A stretch of DNA of 64,000 bases from a virus (IMGVR_UViG_3300028025_001913:605-64604); one strand, 5' to 3'. Counted from the stretch's first letter, positions 39,001 through 47,662 are shown. Program-made: numbers and translations. Notes: generated by a model not told the origin, from the sequence alone.

Positions 39001-40936
39001 GTTCTATCGTCAAAAAGAAGACGGCTCGGTAATGTTAGAGATTGGTGGGGCGCCTGCTATTAAGATTGGTAACTTAGCAGACCAGCCATACTTGCATGAA
39101 CTTATTGGAGGAGACCAACCAATATTTGACGTGTTTACCAGCGCATTACAGAACACATCTATGCTTACCGATATGGCGTTGCGTAATATAGCTACTAAGA
39201 ATACAGCTAATGCGCTTGCTGAACTTGGGTTACTAGATTCAACTAAAACCGGCAAAGATAACGGCATACACAAGGCAACTAAAGATAGCCAAGGACCAAC
39301 AGGACCTGATGTTATACACTTTAAAGAAAACGGCATAAACTATTGGGCACGAGTAAAATCAGAATCCGCAGGTGTGCCGTCTCAGTTATTGGTTAAAGGG
39401 CTAGAAGGCGTTAATACTTCGTTACCAAACATAGTTAAAATTATGGGCGGTTTCTCAACTACTCTACGTAAATGGGTTACTCGCAACCCTGCTTATAACT
39501 TACGTCAGCTTGTACGTGACCCGCTAAACGGCGTAATTGTTGCCGGTCTTGACACAACGCCTATTGCAAGTTCGTTAAAAGAAGTTTACAAAATGGTTAG
39601 GGGTAAGAGCGAAGGCGAAGCTATTTTGGGAAGTCGTGGTATTTTAGGCGGTCAAGTACTGACTGGTACGGCAGAAGATATGCAGCTTATGCTTAAGTCA
39701 ATAATGTCAGGCGAAAAGGGCTGGGATTACCGTATGGCTCAGTTAGATATGCTGGCTGTTAAAGGTGATGCCGCTACTCGTGTTGTTATGTACAACAACT
39801 ACCTCAAGCAAGGGCTTTCAGAAATAGAAGCCACGTTGGCTACGCTAGAGTCTATGAACTTTAGTAAGCGTGGTATTTCGTCTAGTTTATTTATGGTATC
39901 TACAATGGTGCCGTTTATGAATGCACAGATTCAAGGTTTGAATGTTTTGTATAAGGCGTTTACTGGCAAGATGCCGTTTAACGAAAAGCTACAGATTAAG
40001 AACAAGTTAGTACAACGTGCGTCTATGCTGTTTGCTTCTTCTGTTATGTATGCATTAATGATGCAAGACGATGAGGCTTATCAAAATGCAAACGATGATG
40101 AGAAGTATGGCAACTGGTTTATGTACTCACCGTTCTCTGATGAACCACTTAAAATACCTATTCCGTTTGAGGTAGGTTTCTTGTTTAAAGCTGTTCCCGA
40201 AGCGCTTGTTAATTTAATGTACGGTGATGATAAAGCTAGAGATGTAGGAAAAGCGATTGCTAAACAAGCATTTAATGCCGTGCCTAATATAACTCCGCAA
40301 GGTATTAAGCCTGCTGTTGAGGCTTTATTTAACTACTCGTTATTTACAAACAGAGAAATTGATTCCGATAGAATGATGCGGTATGAGCCGGGCGAACGCT
40401 ATAACGAACGTACTACTGAACTAGCCAAACTTGTTGGTGGGGCGTTTAACATATCACCAAACAAAATTGAGTATTTAATGCGTGGTTATTTTGGTTCTGT
40501 TCCAATAGCGCTTGCCTCGATGGCTAACCCTATTCTTCGTACAGGCGAAACTGGTGAACAGCCTGAGAGCCGTGGTATTGCAAGTAGCGAGACTCCTATT
40601 ATTGGTACGTTCTTCCAACCTAAAGATGCCGGTGGACTTATTAACCGTGCTTACAAAGACATGGAAGAAATTGAGCAGTTTAAACAAACGTACAAAAAAA
40701 TGGTTGATGAAAACCGTATGAGTGAAGCCGAAGCATACTTAGACGCAAATGCCGATGCTATTTCTATGGGGTCTATGGCAGGCAGATTCCGTAAACAAAT
40801 GGGCAATTTAACTAACCAAGAACGTGCTATTAGAACAGACCCTGATATGTCCGCAGGTCAAAAACGTGAAGCGCTTGATGAACTTAGACAGATTAAAATA
40901 GAAACAGCTAAATTTTTCTCTAGCGCACGCGGGTGA
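33089..40936 (+). CDS. giant polyvalent internal virion protein (zincin-like motif, LPD38-like C-terminus)
   Basis: 2615 aa; coiled coils; AHELIGHLG; PFMNAQIQG and KIPIPFEVG. Confidence 0.7.
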   Translation: MDLSKLSDSDILALSNNNLRAMSDAGLKLLASDEDKPKARKGLGAALSKGTEATVGGLGTGFKGLFSPEEAAKQGLERSKALNEKYEEQVSLDKLKEAYEKRGFTGAGGELLRQIPLAIAEQAPNIATTVGGARIGAGLGSFFGPVGAGIGALGGAVAPSLLQMFGSNIERQAATQEEAGQPIDISRARALSAAVPQAALETAASVIPLGGRVAGKIFGPEVEKLLARGGTKAAEKLAQEKFATTVGKGLATGAIAEIPTEIAQQVLERAQAGLDLTSKDALKEYGETAYQVGLLAPIGAGGRFIDKSGAKTKIAAENKEKEAKLAQEQQALKEQELLAKQAEEQQLALQQRQQETGDLFGDAALQTEATGKKLVEGAVSPLANQPELFQIGVNEKNEPIYGARQTAPDTRTVAERETEANKPPEITPQEIFKQHDSLKKYVDDLQDRIAKAATNGETDVLPDLSAQLSNAQKALVESNKRVKQTAPVEQAGELKTAELKGQLRNKIAALKKAGELGDFTAIGKISNEIKEIQTKLKDLPQGEDLIAQAERLKTEAVAQQGEQLQQQQEDLFAQVAKPEPKKEQANQEVLDRYQKGVQDIEDAYAAGATERTINNLIDELRKTAVEKEASKASIVSGETVEQQAQRVDRVNKALEAEKVRYNEAKSDEERADALKNIGVLQDRLATAETERAQGRPEVAEKDAFTRQEEAKLNAIETVRQLLSGEYFNSKNVDVASSMKPQLETKIQEAGNEYAKAAIDEINAVRAQSKQQSLSTDDGLKLTTAIQDIFDSIARDPTFFANRTTKLRQDLAVSEQSLKNSNSPEIKILLNAKINAIKAQIEDASKKQQANIKTFEDSLERVKADFFKGASKVQRGPEVLRQERNPIEMLRTEQAKKKPNPNVVAGLKREIEAGKKEDDRIAAEKDKQEKIATEQKTPSGVNPDQLSLFGEKALEPLATVRATPENFRKFLSSKAVFRLRELIKQAQEKTQEIIAKVKQKETQPNQGKVRQLEALRLKIENIKLGRPPEVYVPTAKDKKRLPAARITANIERSKKELEKYTSNLKSLQEQEKQLAGEIRGSGAEITTLFDDLQAQRSFVEELFKVEENAKNLQDNAAQLFNQRQNLLKTIQNIKGDMRRAYQGISVSADIIKTRKALKKEKNIEQINSLNKFLTSLLAKKEDKNDTLSNYRARLKEAESTLKELDEGGPEVRAKVLAEVDSLHARARQLLDANVTEEKALLDRLEKRFEKTKQLSPENKEFINKLEEERKKTGINEIAAENLLAKRSKERREAEQKAAENLAKLPSIRQEIITTNIKAPGSDVKGTRKQIIKKAAAKTKEEIAEDFKQTAIEAARQMAELKKMQNNSLKLKEVKKIESQLKKDLAAKKEEIQKDITNLSALTKALETTKTSKGKAELQTQLNTLNKNIETKQLGKAVDIIEGNLKLLKSVGSDVERALTVLGNMPARTERKKPLKTGVSKVEKDFEESGALKRYGDEKYVDSGLEKEQYDSMFNDIRNRDVDFRIEETDKNATPLTKVQVVDVLSRIKMPKGLNVLVLNKVPAELKAQFEAMGHDASKVKGWVSPNGTVFIVAENHTSIPDVNETIAHELIGHLGVEALLGEKGMRSLISKIVDQDGGIIELAKKLGIIPEVYGTYHAAKNQGLSEFEAQSAAVRELLAHTAEKEPNKSTTQKAKDFIKLVVAYVRDGLRRLGVKLDVSTSDVYKIIYKARKSFDSITPGAFVNTDGAIRFNVARPKATPAFEGVLNSTKGIVAEQKSLKDKILGEAAGLIFETKYIDRFAPVQKVFEHMKESLRATQVMYFLRMADQRMAFTSEVLSKGPLDLVPAKDGKGFMIESQKGTSFIDVVNALKPANVGDVNATNRVFTMYLLAKRAADPKVGLAKLNFSGKITQKMLDDAISTVNSDPATKAAFENAAAIYAKYNEGLINFVVKSGAISKDIADIMLKNKNYVPFYRQKEDGSVMLEIGGAPAIKIGNLADQPYLHELIGGDQPIFDVFTSALQNTSMLTDMALRNIATKNTANALAELGLLDSTKTGKDNGIHKATKDSQGPTGPDVIHFKENGINYWARVKSESAGVPSQLLVKGLEGVNTSLPNIVKIMGGFSTTLRKWVTRNPAYNLRQLVRDPLNGVIVAGLDTTPIASSLKEVYKMVRGKSEGEAILGSRGILGGQVLTGTAEDMQLMLKSIMSGEKGWDYRMAQLDMLAVKGDAATRVVMYNNYLKQGLSEIEATLATLESMNFSKRGISSSLFMVSTMVPFMNAQIQGLNVLYKAFTGKMPFNEKLQIKNKLVQRASMLFASSVMYALMMQDDEAYQNANDDEKYGNWFMYSPFSDEPLKIPIPFEVGFLFKAVPEALVNLMYGDDKARDVGKAIAKQAFNAVPNITPQGIKPAVEALFNYSLFTNREIDSDRMMRYEPGERYNERTTELAKLVGGAFNISPNKIEYLMRGYFGSVPIALASMANPILRTGETGEQPESRGIASSETPIIGTFFQPKDAGGLINRAYKDMEEIEQFKQTYKKMVDENRMSEAEAYLDANADAISMGSMAGRFRKQMGNLTNQERAIRTDPDMSAGQKREALDELRQIKIETAKFFSSARG

Positions 40937-41114
40937 ACATAACGCCTAGCCGTCCGTCTATAGTGCCGTACTCGGCTTTGCCTAAACATCCATGATGTAT
41001 TGCCGCACTTAGTCCGTTTTGTTTTGTCTCGTCTAGCTTTAATGTAGGTACAAAAAATACCCCTTTGATAGGGGTATTTTTCCAAGGGTAAAACACTTTA
41101 ATCTTCGATGTCAT
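40920..41114 (-). CDS. hypothetical protein
   Basis: YPW...FFVPTL; overlaps the primase stop. Confidence 0.6.
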   Translation of the reverse strand: MTSKIKVFYPWKNTPIKGVFFVPTLKLDETKQNGLSAAIHHGCLGKAEYGTIDGRLGVMFTRVR

Positions 41115-43950
41115 TCTCGCTAATGGGTCGTGATATGTGCATTACGTTTACCCGCATGGTAGGACCACGAGTCTTAGATAACATGTCTTTGCGCATGTAT
41201 TTAACCTTGTAGTTTGGTAGCTTCTCAAGCCCGTCTTTAAAGTCGGAGTACCCATAACTCATGCCTACGCAATGGTTCTTAAGCAACTGCTCTTCAATAA
41301 AGTAATCTATGTGTCCGGGTATCATATTATGCTCAACCCGTCCTGCTACATCTGACCTCGTTAACGACTGGTCTACTTCTTTACCACCGCCTAGCATAGC
41401 GCTTATAGTACCTTCAACTGCTTTTACCACAACGAATTTACCAAAGAACTCCCTAGTGTATGCGTTCAATATGTCTTCTGGCGTGCGCACACTGCCATGA
41501 ATAATCCCACGGGCGCCGTATACCATTAAACGTAGGACATCCATAATTGGACCTTTGGGTACATCAATTAAGTTAGCGTAGTTCTTGCCAAGCAGTTGTA
41601 GTACGGTTAAGATGCACGCATTACCCGCAATCCAGTAACGCTCGTCTGCATTAGCCTCAAACTCAACCTTGATACGATCTTGGTTTTCTTTAACTAGAGC
41701 CTTGGCAACCTCATGGTTTTTTACCAACCAACGAATCAATTCACGACCTACCACACCATAGTTTTCTTTTAGTAATCCAAGCGTAGCCTCTTCTTCGGGA
41801 TTCCACTTTAGCTTTTTGGTTAGCTGTAACTCAAGCAGACGGAACATCTCGCCCTGTGATGCGTGCTTACGAGAACCCGACAGAAAGTCCATGACGTGCG
41901 TATTGGATGATAAAAGAACTAGTAATTTCCATGTTGAGGTATTGATGCGTTCTTCGTTAGAGCCTTGCTTCATCCTGTCTTTGCCTTTACCCTGCGTTAA
42001 ATCGAGTAAAAACTCAGGCAACCATTCAAAATCTTCACGGCTCTTGCTAGTTGTTTCATCAATAATAAACGGCAGACTGTTAAGTAAACCCTGTCTTTGT
42101 TGCGATGCAACAATAGATGTGCTTTGAGTTACACGATACCCTTCGGGATGTCCAAAGAAACTAGCCGCTAACTCTAGCGAAAGTGACTTACCTGTACCTG
42201 ATTCAGAAGAACCCAAGTGATATACACAGCCGTTAAACTTGGTAAAGTTCATCAGCAAGGATGCCGGTCCAACTAAAGCCATTGCCAATACCTGCCACTC
42301 CCCACGAGCAATCAACATGTTAAATACTTTTTTCCAGTTGTCTATTGTGCCAACGGGTTTGGTTGACTGATTGATGTTGTCTAAGGCAGGAGTTGGTACA
42401 TACGTTTCTTTGCCGTTGGGGTAAAAGACGGTGCTACTATAAACAAACGATTTATCGCTTTGCCACCCACAGTTATTGGGTATTTTGATTGGGCGTTTAT
42501 TGGCGCTAGCATACTCAACGCAGGCACGGACGTACTCAAACAAGTGTTTATCGTTACCTGAACCATACGCAGCTATGATATTTTGATTGGCTAAATGCTT
42601 AACTGTCTCATCTTTACTCACCACAGCACGTTGTGGAATTAAAATATCAATCGGTCCTTCCGGTCTGAACGCAACCATGTGCGCTAGATGGTCGCCACCA
42701 TTATTAAGAATATCCATCGCAAACAAGTCATACGGCAACAACATAGTCTGTTTACGTGCTTTCTTGCCGTCCTCGTCTTCAAGCATCCTGTCCATAAAAA
42801 TACCGCCTTTAGCGCCATAAGTGTACCCCTTCGGTGGAATAGGTTTGCTTATGACAATCTGCTCGGCTTGTGGCTCGGCTGATTCAATTATAATTTCTTT
42901 GGCTTCGGTATTGGTATTTATTTCTCGCCCAAGGGCTAGTGGGTTAGTGATTTTGTTGAAGTGTGGGCACGTTTCGCACACACCCGGATTTGCTTCATCT
43001 AGCTTAATACATGCATAAGGACCTTTAATAGCGTGCCACTTCTGCGCATGTCTTTCGGGTTCATAAGGGTGTAGGGCTGATAAAGCTAAGCCTTCATCCT
43101 CGCCGTCTTCACAATACTTGGCTATGCTTAGTATGCCACGCCACAACGGCTCCATGCCATCTTGACTTGCGTGTTCACGATAATAATTAATCTGACCGCA
43201 CTTGTCCCCAATATTAGACATCAAGGTAAAACTATTTTCTATTAACGTAACGCTATTGGCGTTGGGTATAGCTTTCGGACGTTTGCCTGTTAACTGCAAT
43301 GCGGGTAAACCCTCATACGCTGAGCCGTTCATTTTTTCTTTAAGCGCACCAGCTATGGTTTCAAAGTTAAAAGTCTTGGGCGATGACTCCACCATAATCT
43401 TAACTTTGCGTGGCTTAGCTTGTTTGTAGTTACTTGTGTCGGGCACACGTAGAATACGAGCCGCATCGCCTGTAACCATAGCGTCAATCTTAAGCCCTTG
43501 TTTAACGCACAAACGCTTTAAATTCTCAGCAACAGGTTTCCAAACAGCTATATCGACTTCTTCTGCAAAAGCCCAATATACATGCAAGCCACCACCACTA
43601 GAAATAATCCAAGGCGTGCCTAACTCAGCCAAAGCCGTTGTGGAGAGGAACGTGTCCAAAGCCTCTGCCGCTTCTGCCTTAGTTGCGTAGCCCTTACCAT
43701 CACCACAATCAATATCCAAGAATAAAGACTTAATCTTTAGGGCGTTCTCGGTTAAGCGTTTGCCCTTGTCGTTGAACGTGGCTAGTGCGTAAAATGAGTT
43801 GTATCCTTTTGAATCAAACGCCATAGCGGCGTTGTACAGCTCGTCAATCGTTTGCACGAAGACGTGTTCTTTTTTAGCTGTGCTAATTTCAACTGCGCAA
43901 TACGCACCCGAAGTAGGTAGCACAGTCGCTAGGAATTCCTGCGACGTCAT
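41098..43950 (-). CDS. primase-helicase (AEP/RepB-like primase plus DUF927 helicase)
   Basis: FLDID, SGGGLHVYW, RILRVP, EPLWRG, CxxC, SESGTGKS, IIDE. Confidence 0.85.
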   Translation of the reverse strand: MTSQEFLATVLPTSGAYCAVEISTAKKEHVFVQTIDELYNAAMAFDSKGYNSFYALATFNDKGKRLTENALKIKSLFLDIDCGDGKGYATKAEAAEALDTFLSTTALAELGTPWIISSGGGLHVYWAFAEEVDIAVWKPVAENLKRLCVKQGLKIDAMVTGDAARILRVPDTSNYKQAKPRKVKIMVESSPKTFNFETIAGALKEKMNGSAYEGLPALQLTGKRPKAIPNANSVTLIENSFTLMSNIGDKCGQINYYREHASQDGMEPLWRGILSIAKYCEDGEDEGLALSALHPYEPERHAQKWHAIKGPYACIKLDEANPGVCETCPHFNKITNPLALGREINTNTEAKEIIIESAEPQAEQIVISKPIPPKGYTYGAKGGIFMDRMLEDEDGKKARKQTMLLPYDLFAMDILNNGGDHLAHMVAFRPEGPIDILIPQRAVVSKDETVKHLANQNIIAAYGSGNDKHLFEYVRACVEYASANKRPIKIPNNCGWQSDKSFVYSSTVFYPNGKETYVPTPALDNINQSTKPVGTIDNWKKVFNMLIARGEWQVLAMALVGPASLLMNFTKFNGCVYHLGSSESGTGKSLSLELAASFFGHPEGYRVTQSTSIVASQQRQGLLNSLPFIIDETTSKSREDFEWLPEFLLDLTQGKGKDRMKQGSNEERINTSTWKLLVLLSSNTHVMDFLSGSRKHASQGEMFRLLELQLTKKLKWNPEEEATLGLLKENYGVVGRELIRWLVKNHEVAKALVKENQDRIKVEFEANADERYWIAGNACILTVLQLLGKNYANLIDVPKGPIMDVLRLMVYGARGIIHGSVRTPEDILNAYTREFFGKFVVVKAVEGTISAMLGGGKEVDQSLTRSDVAGRVEHNMIPGHIDYFIEEQLLKNHCVGMSYGYSDFKDGLEKLPNYKVKYMRKDMLSKTRGPTMRVNVMHISRPISENDIED

Positions 43951-43965
43951 ATATACCCCTCGAGT

Positions 43966-44118
43966 TTAGTATTTTAGTTTGTCACTTAGCCGTTTAATTA
44001 ACTCTTTTTGGTAGTCTTCGTTTAATCCACCATTGTTAACATACTCCTCAGCGAATCGCACAAGTTCTTTGTCTGAGAGGGTTCTTGGGTGTATTGTTGT
44101 TACTTGTTCGCTATGCAT
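43966..44118 (-). CDS. small hypothetical protein (50 aa, not in ORF track)
   Basis: MHSEQVTTIHPRTLSDKELVRFAEEY...; fills the gap. Confidence 0.55.
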   Translation of the reverse strand: MHSEQVTTIHPRTLSDKELVRFAEEYVNNGGLNEDYQKELIKRLSDKLKY

Positions 44119-44366
44119 TTTCTCATTGCCTCTTCAACTGTACGGCTAGATTGTAGTATGTTCAACAAAGACTGAACGCTGTTTCTGTATGCGGGTGTTA
44201 CATCCGTTCCGCTAAACCAGTTGTAAACAGTTTGCCTTGTTGCGCCTGTAAATTTTGCTATCTCAATAACTGGGAAGTTTAAACTAATTGCCCAACGTCC
44301 TAGCTGATTGCCTAGCGTTTTGGGTGCTACTTTTGTAGTCTGTTTTATTGTATCTGAATAAGCCAT
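44100..44366 (-). CDS. Cro/XRE-like HTH regulator
   Basis: IEIAKFTGATRQTVYNWFSG. Confidence 0.8.
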   Translation of the reverse strand: MAYSDTIKQTTKVAPKTLGNQLGRWAISLNFPVIEIAKFTGATRQTVYNWFSGTDVTPAYRNSVQSLLNILQSSRTVEEAMRKCIANK

Positions 44367-44384
44367 GATTTTCTCGTTAAGTTG

Positions 44385-44470
44385 TGGGTGGGGGTACTAG
44401 CGTGCGAATTGATAAAACTACAGGCTGTTTAGCGTCGCCGAGCCGACGTGTTCCCCGCTTTCCCCCCGTA
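44385..44470 (-). ncRNA. putative structured trans-acting antisense RNA
   Basis: GGGGG-GAAA-GCG...CGC-UAGUA-CCCCC closing stem with loop-E-like motif; inner hairpin CGUCG-GCUCGG-CGACG; complementary to the leader at 880-899. Confidence 0.6.
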
Positions 44471-44475
44471 ACTAT

Positions 44476-44721
44476 CTACTCATAATAATACGCAGAATAT
44501 GGTACGTCAAAGTTATCCCTAGGCTTATGCATAAAAACCCTATACGGTAACTCGCTTTCAGTTAAAAAAGCTGACGGGTTTTGCTCTTTAATAAACTTTA
44601 TAGTTTCATCCAACAACTCGTTTGGTTTCCCAAACAGTGGATTATCCATGTTATTTATCCTAGGGCTACGTGCAACTGCCTTTAACCTATCCATTTGCTC
44701 TTGCGTAAGTTTACTCATCAT
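44476..44721 (-). CDS. hypothetical protein
   Basis: 81-aa ORF coupled to the SSB-like gene. Confidence 0.6.
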   Translation of the reverse strand: MMSKLTQEQMDRLKAVARSPRINNMDNPLFGKPNELLDETIKFIKEQNPSAFLTESELPYRVFMHKPRDNFDVPYSAYYYE

Positions 44722-45610
44722 CCCACTCCGATACAGTAGCCGCTAAACTACCAGCTTTCTTTTGCGGAACAGCGTTAGCTTTTACGGCAGGCTTGCGCTT
44801 CTCAGGCTCGTCTACCTCAGCTTCTTCCTCAGCCATCGGCTTTAGTTTAGGCAAGCTAGGCTTTTTGCCCTCTAATGCTAGCGGCTTATCAGTCTTTGCA
44901 AACGTAACTGCTACTGCGTTCTTGGCTTCTACTGACGCACCCTTGGCAACAGTAACCTCATACTCCTCATCTTCTAACCAACGTGCAGGTTGAAAGAACA
45001 GCTTGGGCACAGCCGCTTTAGTATCAAAACGTAGACGTGTAACTAGTGTCTCAGGGTTGATGTTTTGAGCCGCTAAGTAACGAGCGTATGCCTGTAACGG
45101 ACGCTTGTCGCCTTCTTCTTTACCAAAGATTGACGTAGCCGCTAGAGTTAACTGCATAACATCACCTTCAATGTCGTTAGCTAATACCACAGCAAGTCGT
45201 TGTGAAAACCGGCAAGCCTTGGAATCGCCCTGACCAGACCCTTTTACATTCATTGGGCATGATGCGCAGTTGCTATGCTGTGGCTCATCAATTGATGCGT
45301 CGGGTGTATCGCCATCGGCTGACCAACAATCAGGGCTCTTAGTCTCGCCCTCAACGTACTGTGATGCGTAGAACGTACGGCTGATTTTTGGTGCCGCATT
45401 AACAATAACAACATCTAAATGGCGGTCGTCGATAGATGTGATTTCTTTACCATCTGCCATCAGACGGAATACACCGCCCTTGATAGAGATACGTTTACTA
45501 CTGCCAGTGTTTATTCCACCCCCTGCAAGGCTCTTGGCTAGTGTTGATATTTCCCCTTTTTTAGCAAATGCGGGGGTTTTGGCAGGATTAAAGTTGGCTA
45601 GTTCGCCCAT
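44711..45610 (-). CDS. ssDNA-binding-like replication protein
   Basis: ISIKGGVFR, PDCWS, CASCP, KACR, acidic/aromatic C-terminus EWDDE. Confidence 0.5.
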   Translation of the reverse strand: MGELANFNPAKTPAFAKKGEISTLAKSLAGGGINTGSSKRISIKGGVFRLMADGKEITSIDDRHLDVVIVNAAPKISRTFYASQYVEGETKSPDCWSADGDTPDASIDEPQHSNCASCPMNVKGSGQGDSKACRFSQRLAVVLANDIEGDVMQLTLAATSIFGKEEGDKRPLQAYARYLAAQNINPETLVTRLRFDTKAAVPKLFFQPARWLEDEEYEVTVAKGASVEAKNAVAVTFAKTDKPLALEGKKPSLPKLKPMAEEEAEVDEPEKRKPAVKANAVPQKKAGSLAATVSEWDDE

Positions 45611-45622
45611 TTGTACAGCTCC

Positions 45623-46033
45623 TTAGTTAGTTGGTTTACGTACCGTTACTGCATACTCCGACATAGAATTTAACCCCGCCGGTACACTTCCGGGGTTCTC
45701 TTCCAAAAACATAGACATGTTCTTTTGTGCAATCCGTTTCTCAAACAAGTCTAATGCATCATGCTCTATTACAAACTGCTTGAACGAATCCCAGTCGTTT
45801 GTGTAGTAGCGTGTTTTCTGTGACAAGATAATAGTGCCCTCGTCTGTTCTCACAGATGAAGTACCTAGCGCCATCATTTGGTCTTTCATGGCGTTCTTAA
45901 TCTCGTCTTGTTTTGCTTTAAGTTCTTCAATCTGACTCTCATACTCTTTTGTCAAGTCTTGAACTTTGGTGTATATCTTGCGATATACCCTTGCTAGTTT
46001 ATCTAGCGGTATAACTTCGTTTTCATCATTCAT
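45623..46033 (-). CDS. conserved coiled-coil phage protein
   Basis: 136 aa; DWDSF...LFEKRI motif; AAGGAA SD. Confidence 0.65.
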   Translation of the reverse strand: MNDENEVIPLDKLARVYRKIYTKVQDLTKEYESQIEELKAKQDEIKNAMKDQMMALGTSSVRTDEGTIILSQKTRYYTNDWDSFKQFVIEHDALDLFEKRIAQKNMSMFLEENPGSVPAGLNSMSEYAVTVRKPTN

Positions 46034-46047
46034 TATTTTAGGTTCCT

Positions 46048-46063
46048 TGTAAAATATTTTACA
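46048..46063. promoter_or_regulatory. 16-bp perfect palindrome, candidate operator
   Basis: TGTAAAATATTTTACA abutting the SD of 45623..46033. Confidence 0.5.
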
Positions 46064-46102
46064 TCATAAAAGACAGCAATACAGCAGAACATAGGGTTTT
46101 CC

Positions 46103-47662
46103 TTATAAATTAAGTTCTTCTTTATATAGGTTAAGCAAGAGATCATGCCCTTCAACACGTTTCTCTAAGCGGTCAAACATTTTCTTCTCTATGTCACTAC
46201 CTTGTAAGTGTATCACAGTTACATTGGTCGATGTCTGACCAATCCTATCTGCTCTTGCGATACATTGCAAGTACGTCTCTACGGAGAACACCGGACCATA
46301 AAACACAACGGTGTCAGCCGCAGTTAATGTTACGCCATGTGATGCGGCTTGTGGCTGAATCACTAATACTTTTGGCGCATCTGTTGTTTGAAAGCGTTTA
46401 AATATATCCGTGCGTTTGTTAACAGACACATCACCATGTATAACTTCACAGGCAATGTTATGTTTTAGCAAGTGCATGTTAATTGTGTCGATGCTATGCC
46501 TAAACGGCGCAAATATAATTACCTTACGGCTTGTTTCCTCTAATACTTCTTGCAAGACGCTAAGCCTTGGTGCGCAATCAAACTCTACTACCTCATGGTT
46601 GTCTGAATAAGCCGCCCCTGCGCTTATCTGCAACAACTTACTTACTCCTGCGGCGGCATTGATAGCCGTAATTGTTTCGCCCGATGTCTGCACTAGCATG
46701 CGGTCTTTAAGCATCCTGTAATACTTAATCTGTTGCGGTGTTAGCGGTACGTGCCTTGTCTCGGTTAACACAGGGGGCAGGTCTGTACATTCTTCTTTGG
46801 TGTAACGTATGGCAGGCTGTAGCGCATCGTATACGTCCTGTTGCGAATTAGCTTTTGGTAGCCACTTAAACTTAGTTAGCTTGTTCATCACCTTATCACG
46901 CCATGCAGTAGCAAACTTAGGTACACCTGTTGGGTTGACTAGTTTAGCCAAGCCGTATGCATCTACAGGCGACTGAGCCGCAGGCGTACCCGTCATCATC
47001 CACAACATAGTGTCAGGCTTTAGCACCTTATTAAGAGACTTCCAGCGTTGCGTTGTTGGGTTCTTGTAAGCGTTAGCTTCGTCAACAATAACTAAATCAA
47101 ACCGACCATCGTTAGCTACTTCGTTTGCCACTAAGTTTAAGCCATCGTAGTTAATAACAACAAACTCGTAGTCGCCTTGAATCATCTCAATACGTCGTGA
47201 TGCTTTGGAATGGTGCGCCGCAACAGCCGACCTATGTATGATGCTCTTGCCAATACTGCTCATCCAAGCGTCGTGCATGATGGATAGCGGACACAGGATA
47301 AGGCAACGTCTTACTTGCTTTAGCTTCATCAAATAGTCAGCCGCCCATAACGCTGAGAATGTTTTACCAGTCCCCGGGTCATTGAAAACAAAGGCTCTGC
47401 GGTTCATTGTCAAGAAACATGACGTATCAATCTGATGTGCAAAGGGTTTAAAGCGTCCGGGCCAATTGTACTGCTTAGTGATAGGCGATGGTACGTTCTT
47501 AACTCCTAGGTTGCGCAACACTCTTGCTTCGTCAAGACCCCAGTAAACAGCTACGTCATACCCACCATCCATGCGCTCAACAATCTTGTGCCTTGGGATG
47601 ATTTTGTATTTGCTTGGGTCTCTTGTACGCAGTACGAGCGCCTTGTTATCAATTATCTGCAT
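46103..47662 (-). CDS. SNF2-family helicase
   Basis: DPGTGKT, IVDEA, MTGTP, HGVTLT, RADRIGQ. Confidence 0.9.
   Translation of the reverse strand: MQIIDNKALVLRTRDPSKYKIIPRHKIVERMDGGYDVAVYWGLDEARVLRNLGVKNVPSPITKQYNWPGRFKPFAHQIDTSCFLTMNRRAFVFNDPGTGKTFSALWAADYLMKLKQVRRCLILCPLSIMHDAWMSSIGKSIIHRSAVAAHHSKASRRIEMIQGDYEFVVINYDGLNLVANEVANDGRFDLVIVDEANAYKNPTTQRWKSLNKVLKPDTMLWMMTGTPAAQSPVDAYGLAKLVNPTGVPKFATAWRDKVMNKLTKFKWLPKANSQQDVYDALQPAIRYTKEECTDLPPVLTETRHVPLTPQQIKYYRMLKDRMLVQTSGETITAINAAAGVSKLLQISAGAAYSDNHEVVEFDCAPRLSVLQEVLEETSRKVIIFAPFRHSIDTINMHLLKHNIACEVIHGDVSVNKRTDIFKRFQTTDAPKVLVIQPQAASHGVTLTAADTVVFYGPVFSVETYLQCIARADRIGQTSTNVTVIHLQGSDIEKKMFDRLEKRVEGHDLLLNLYKEELNL

Noticed and set aside
34867-39336. 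Long antisense ORFs inside the giant gene (and similar shadow ORFs elsewhere)
   Set aside because: S/L/F-rich mirror translations of a biased coding strand, without SDs.
44385-44470. tRNA gene
   Set aside because: G/C closing stem but no TTC T-loop, D-arm or anticodon arm.
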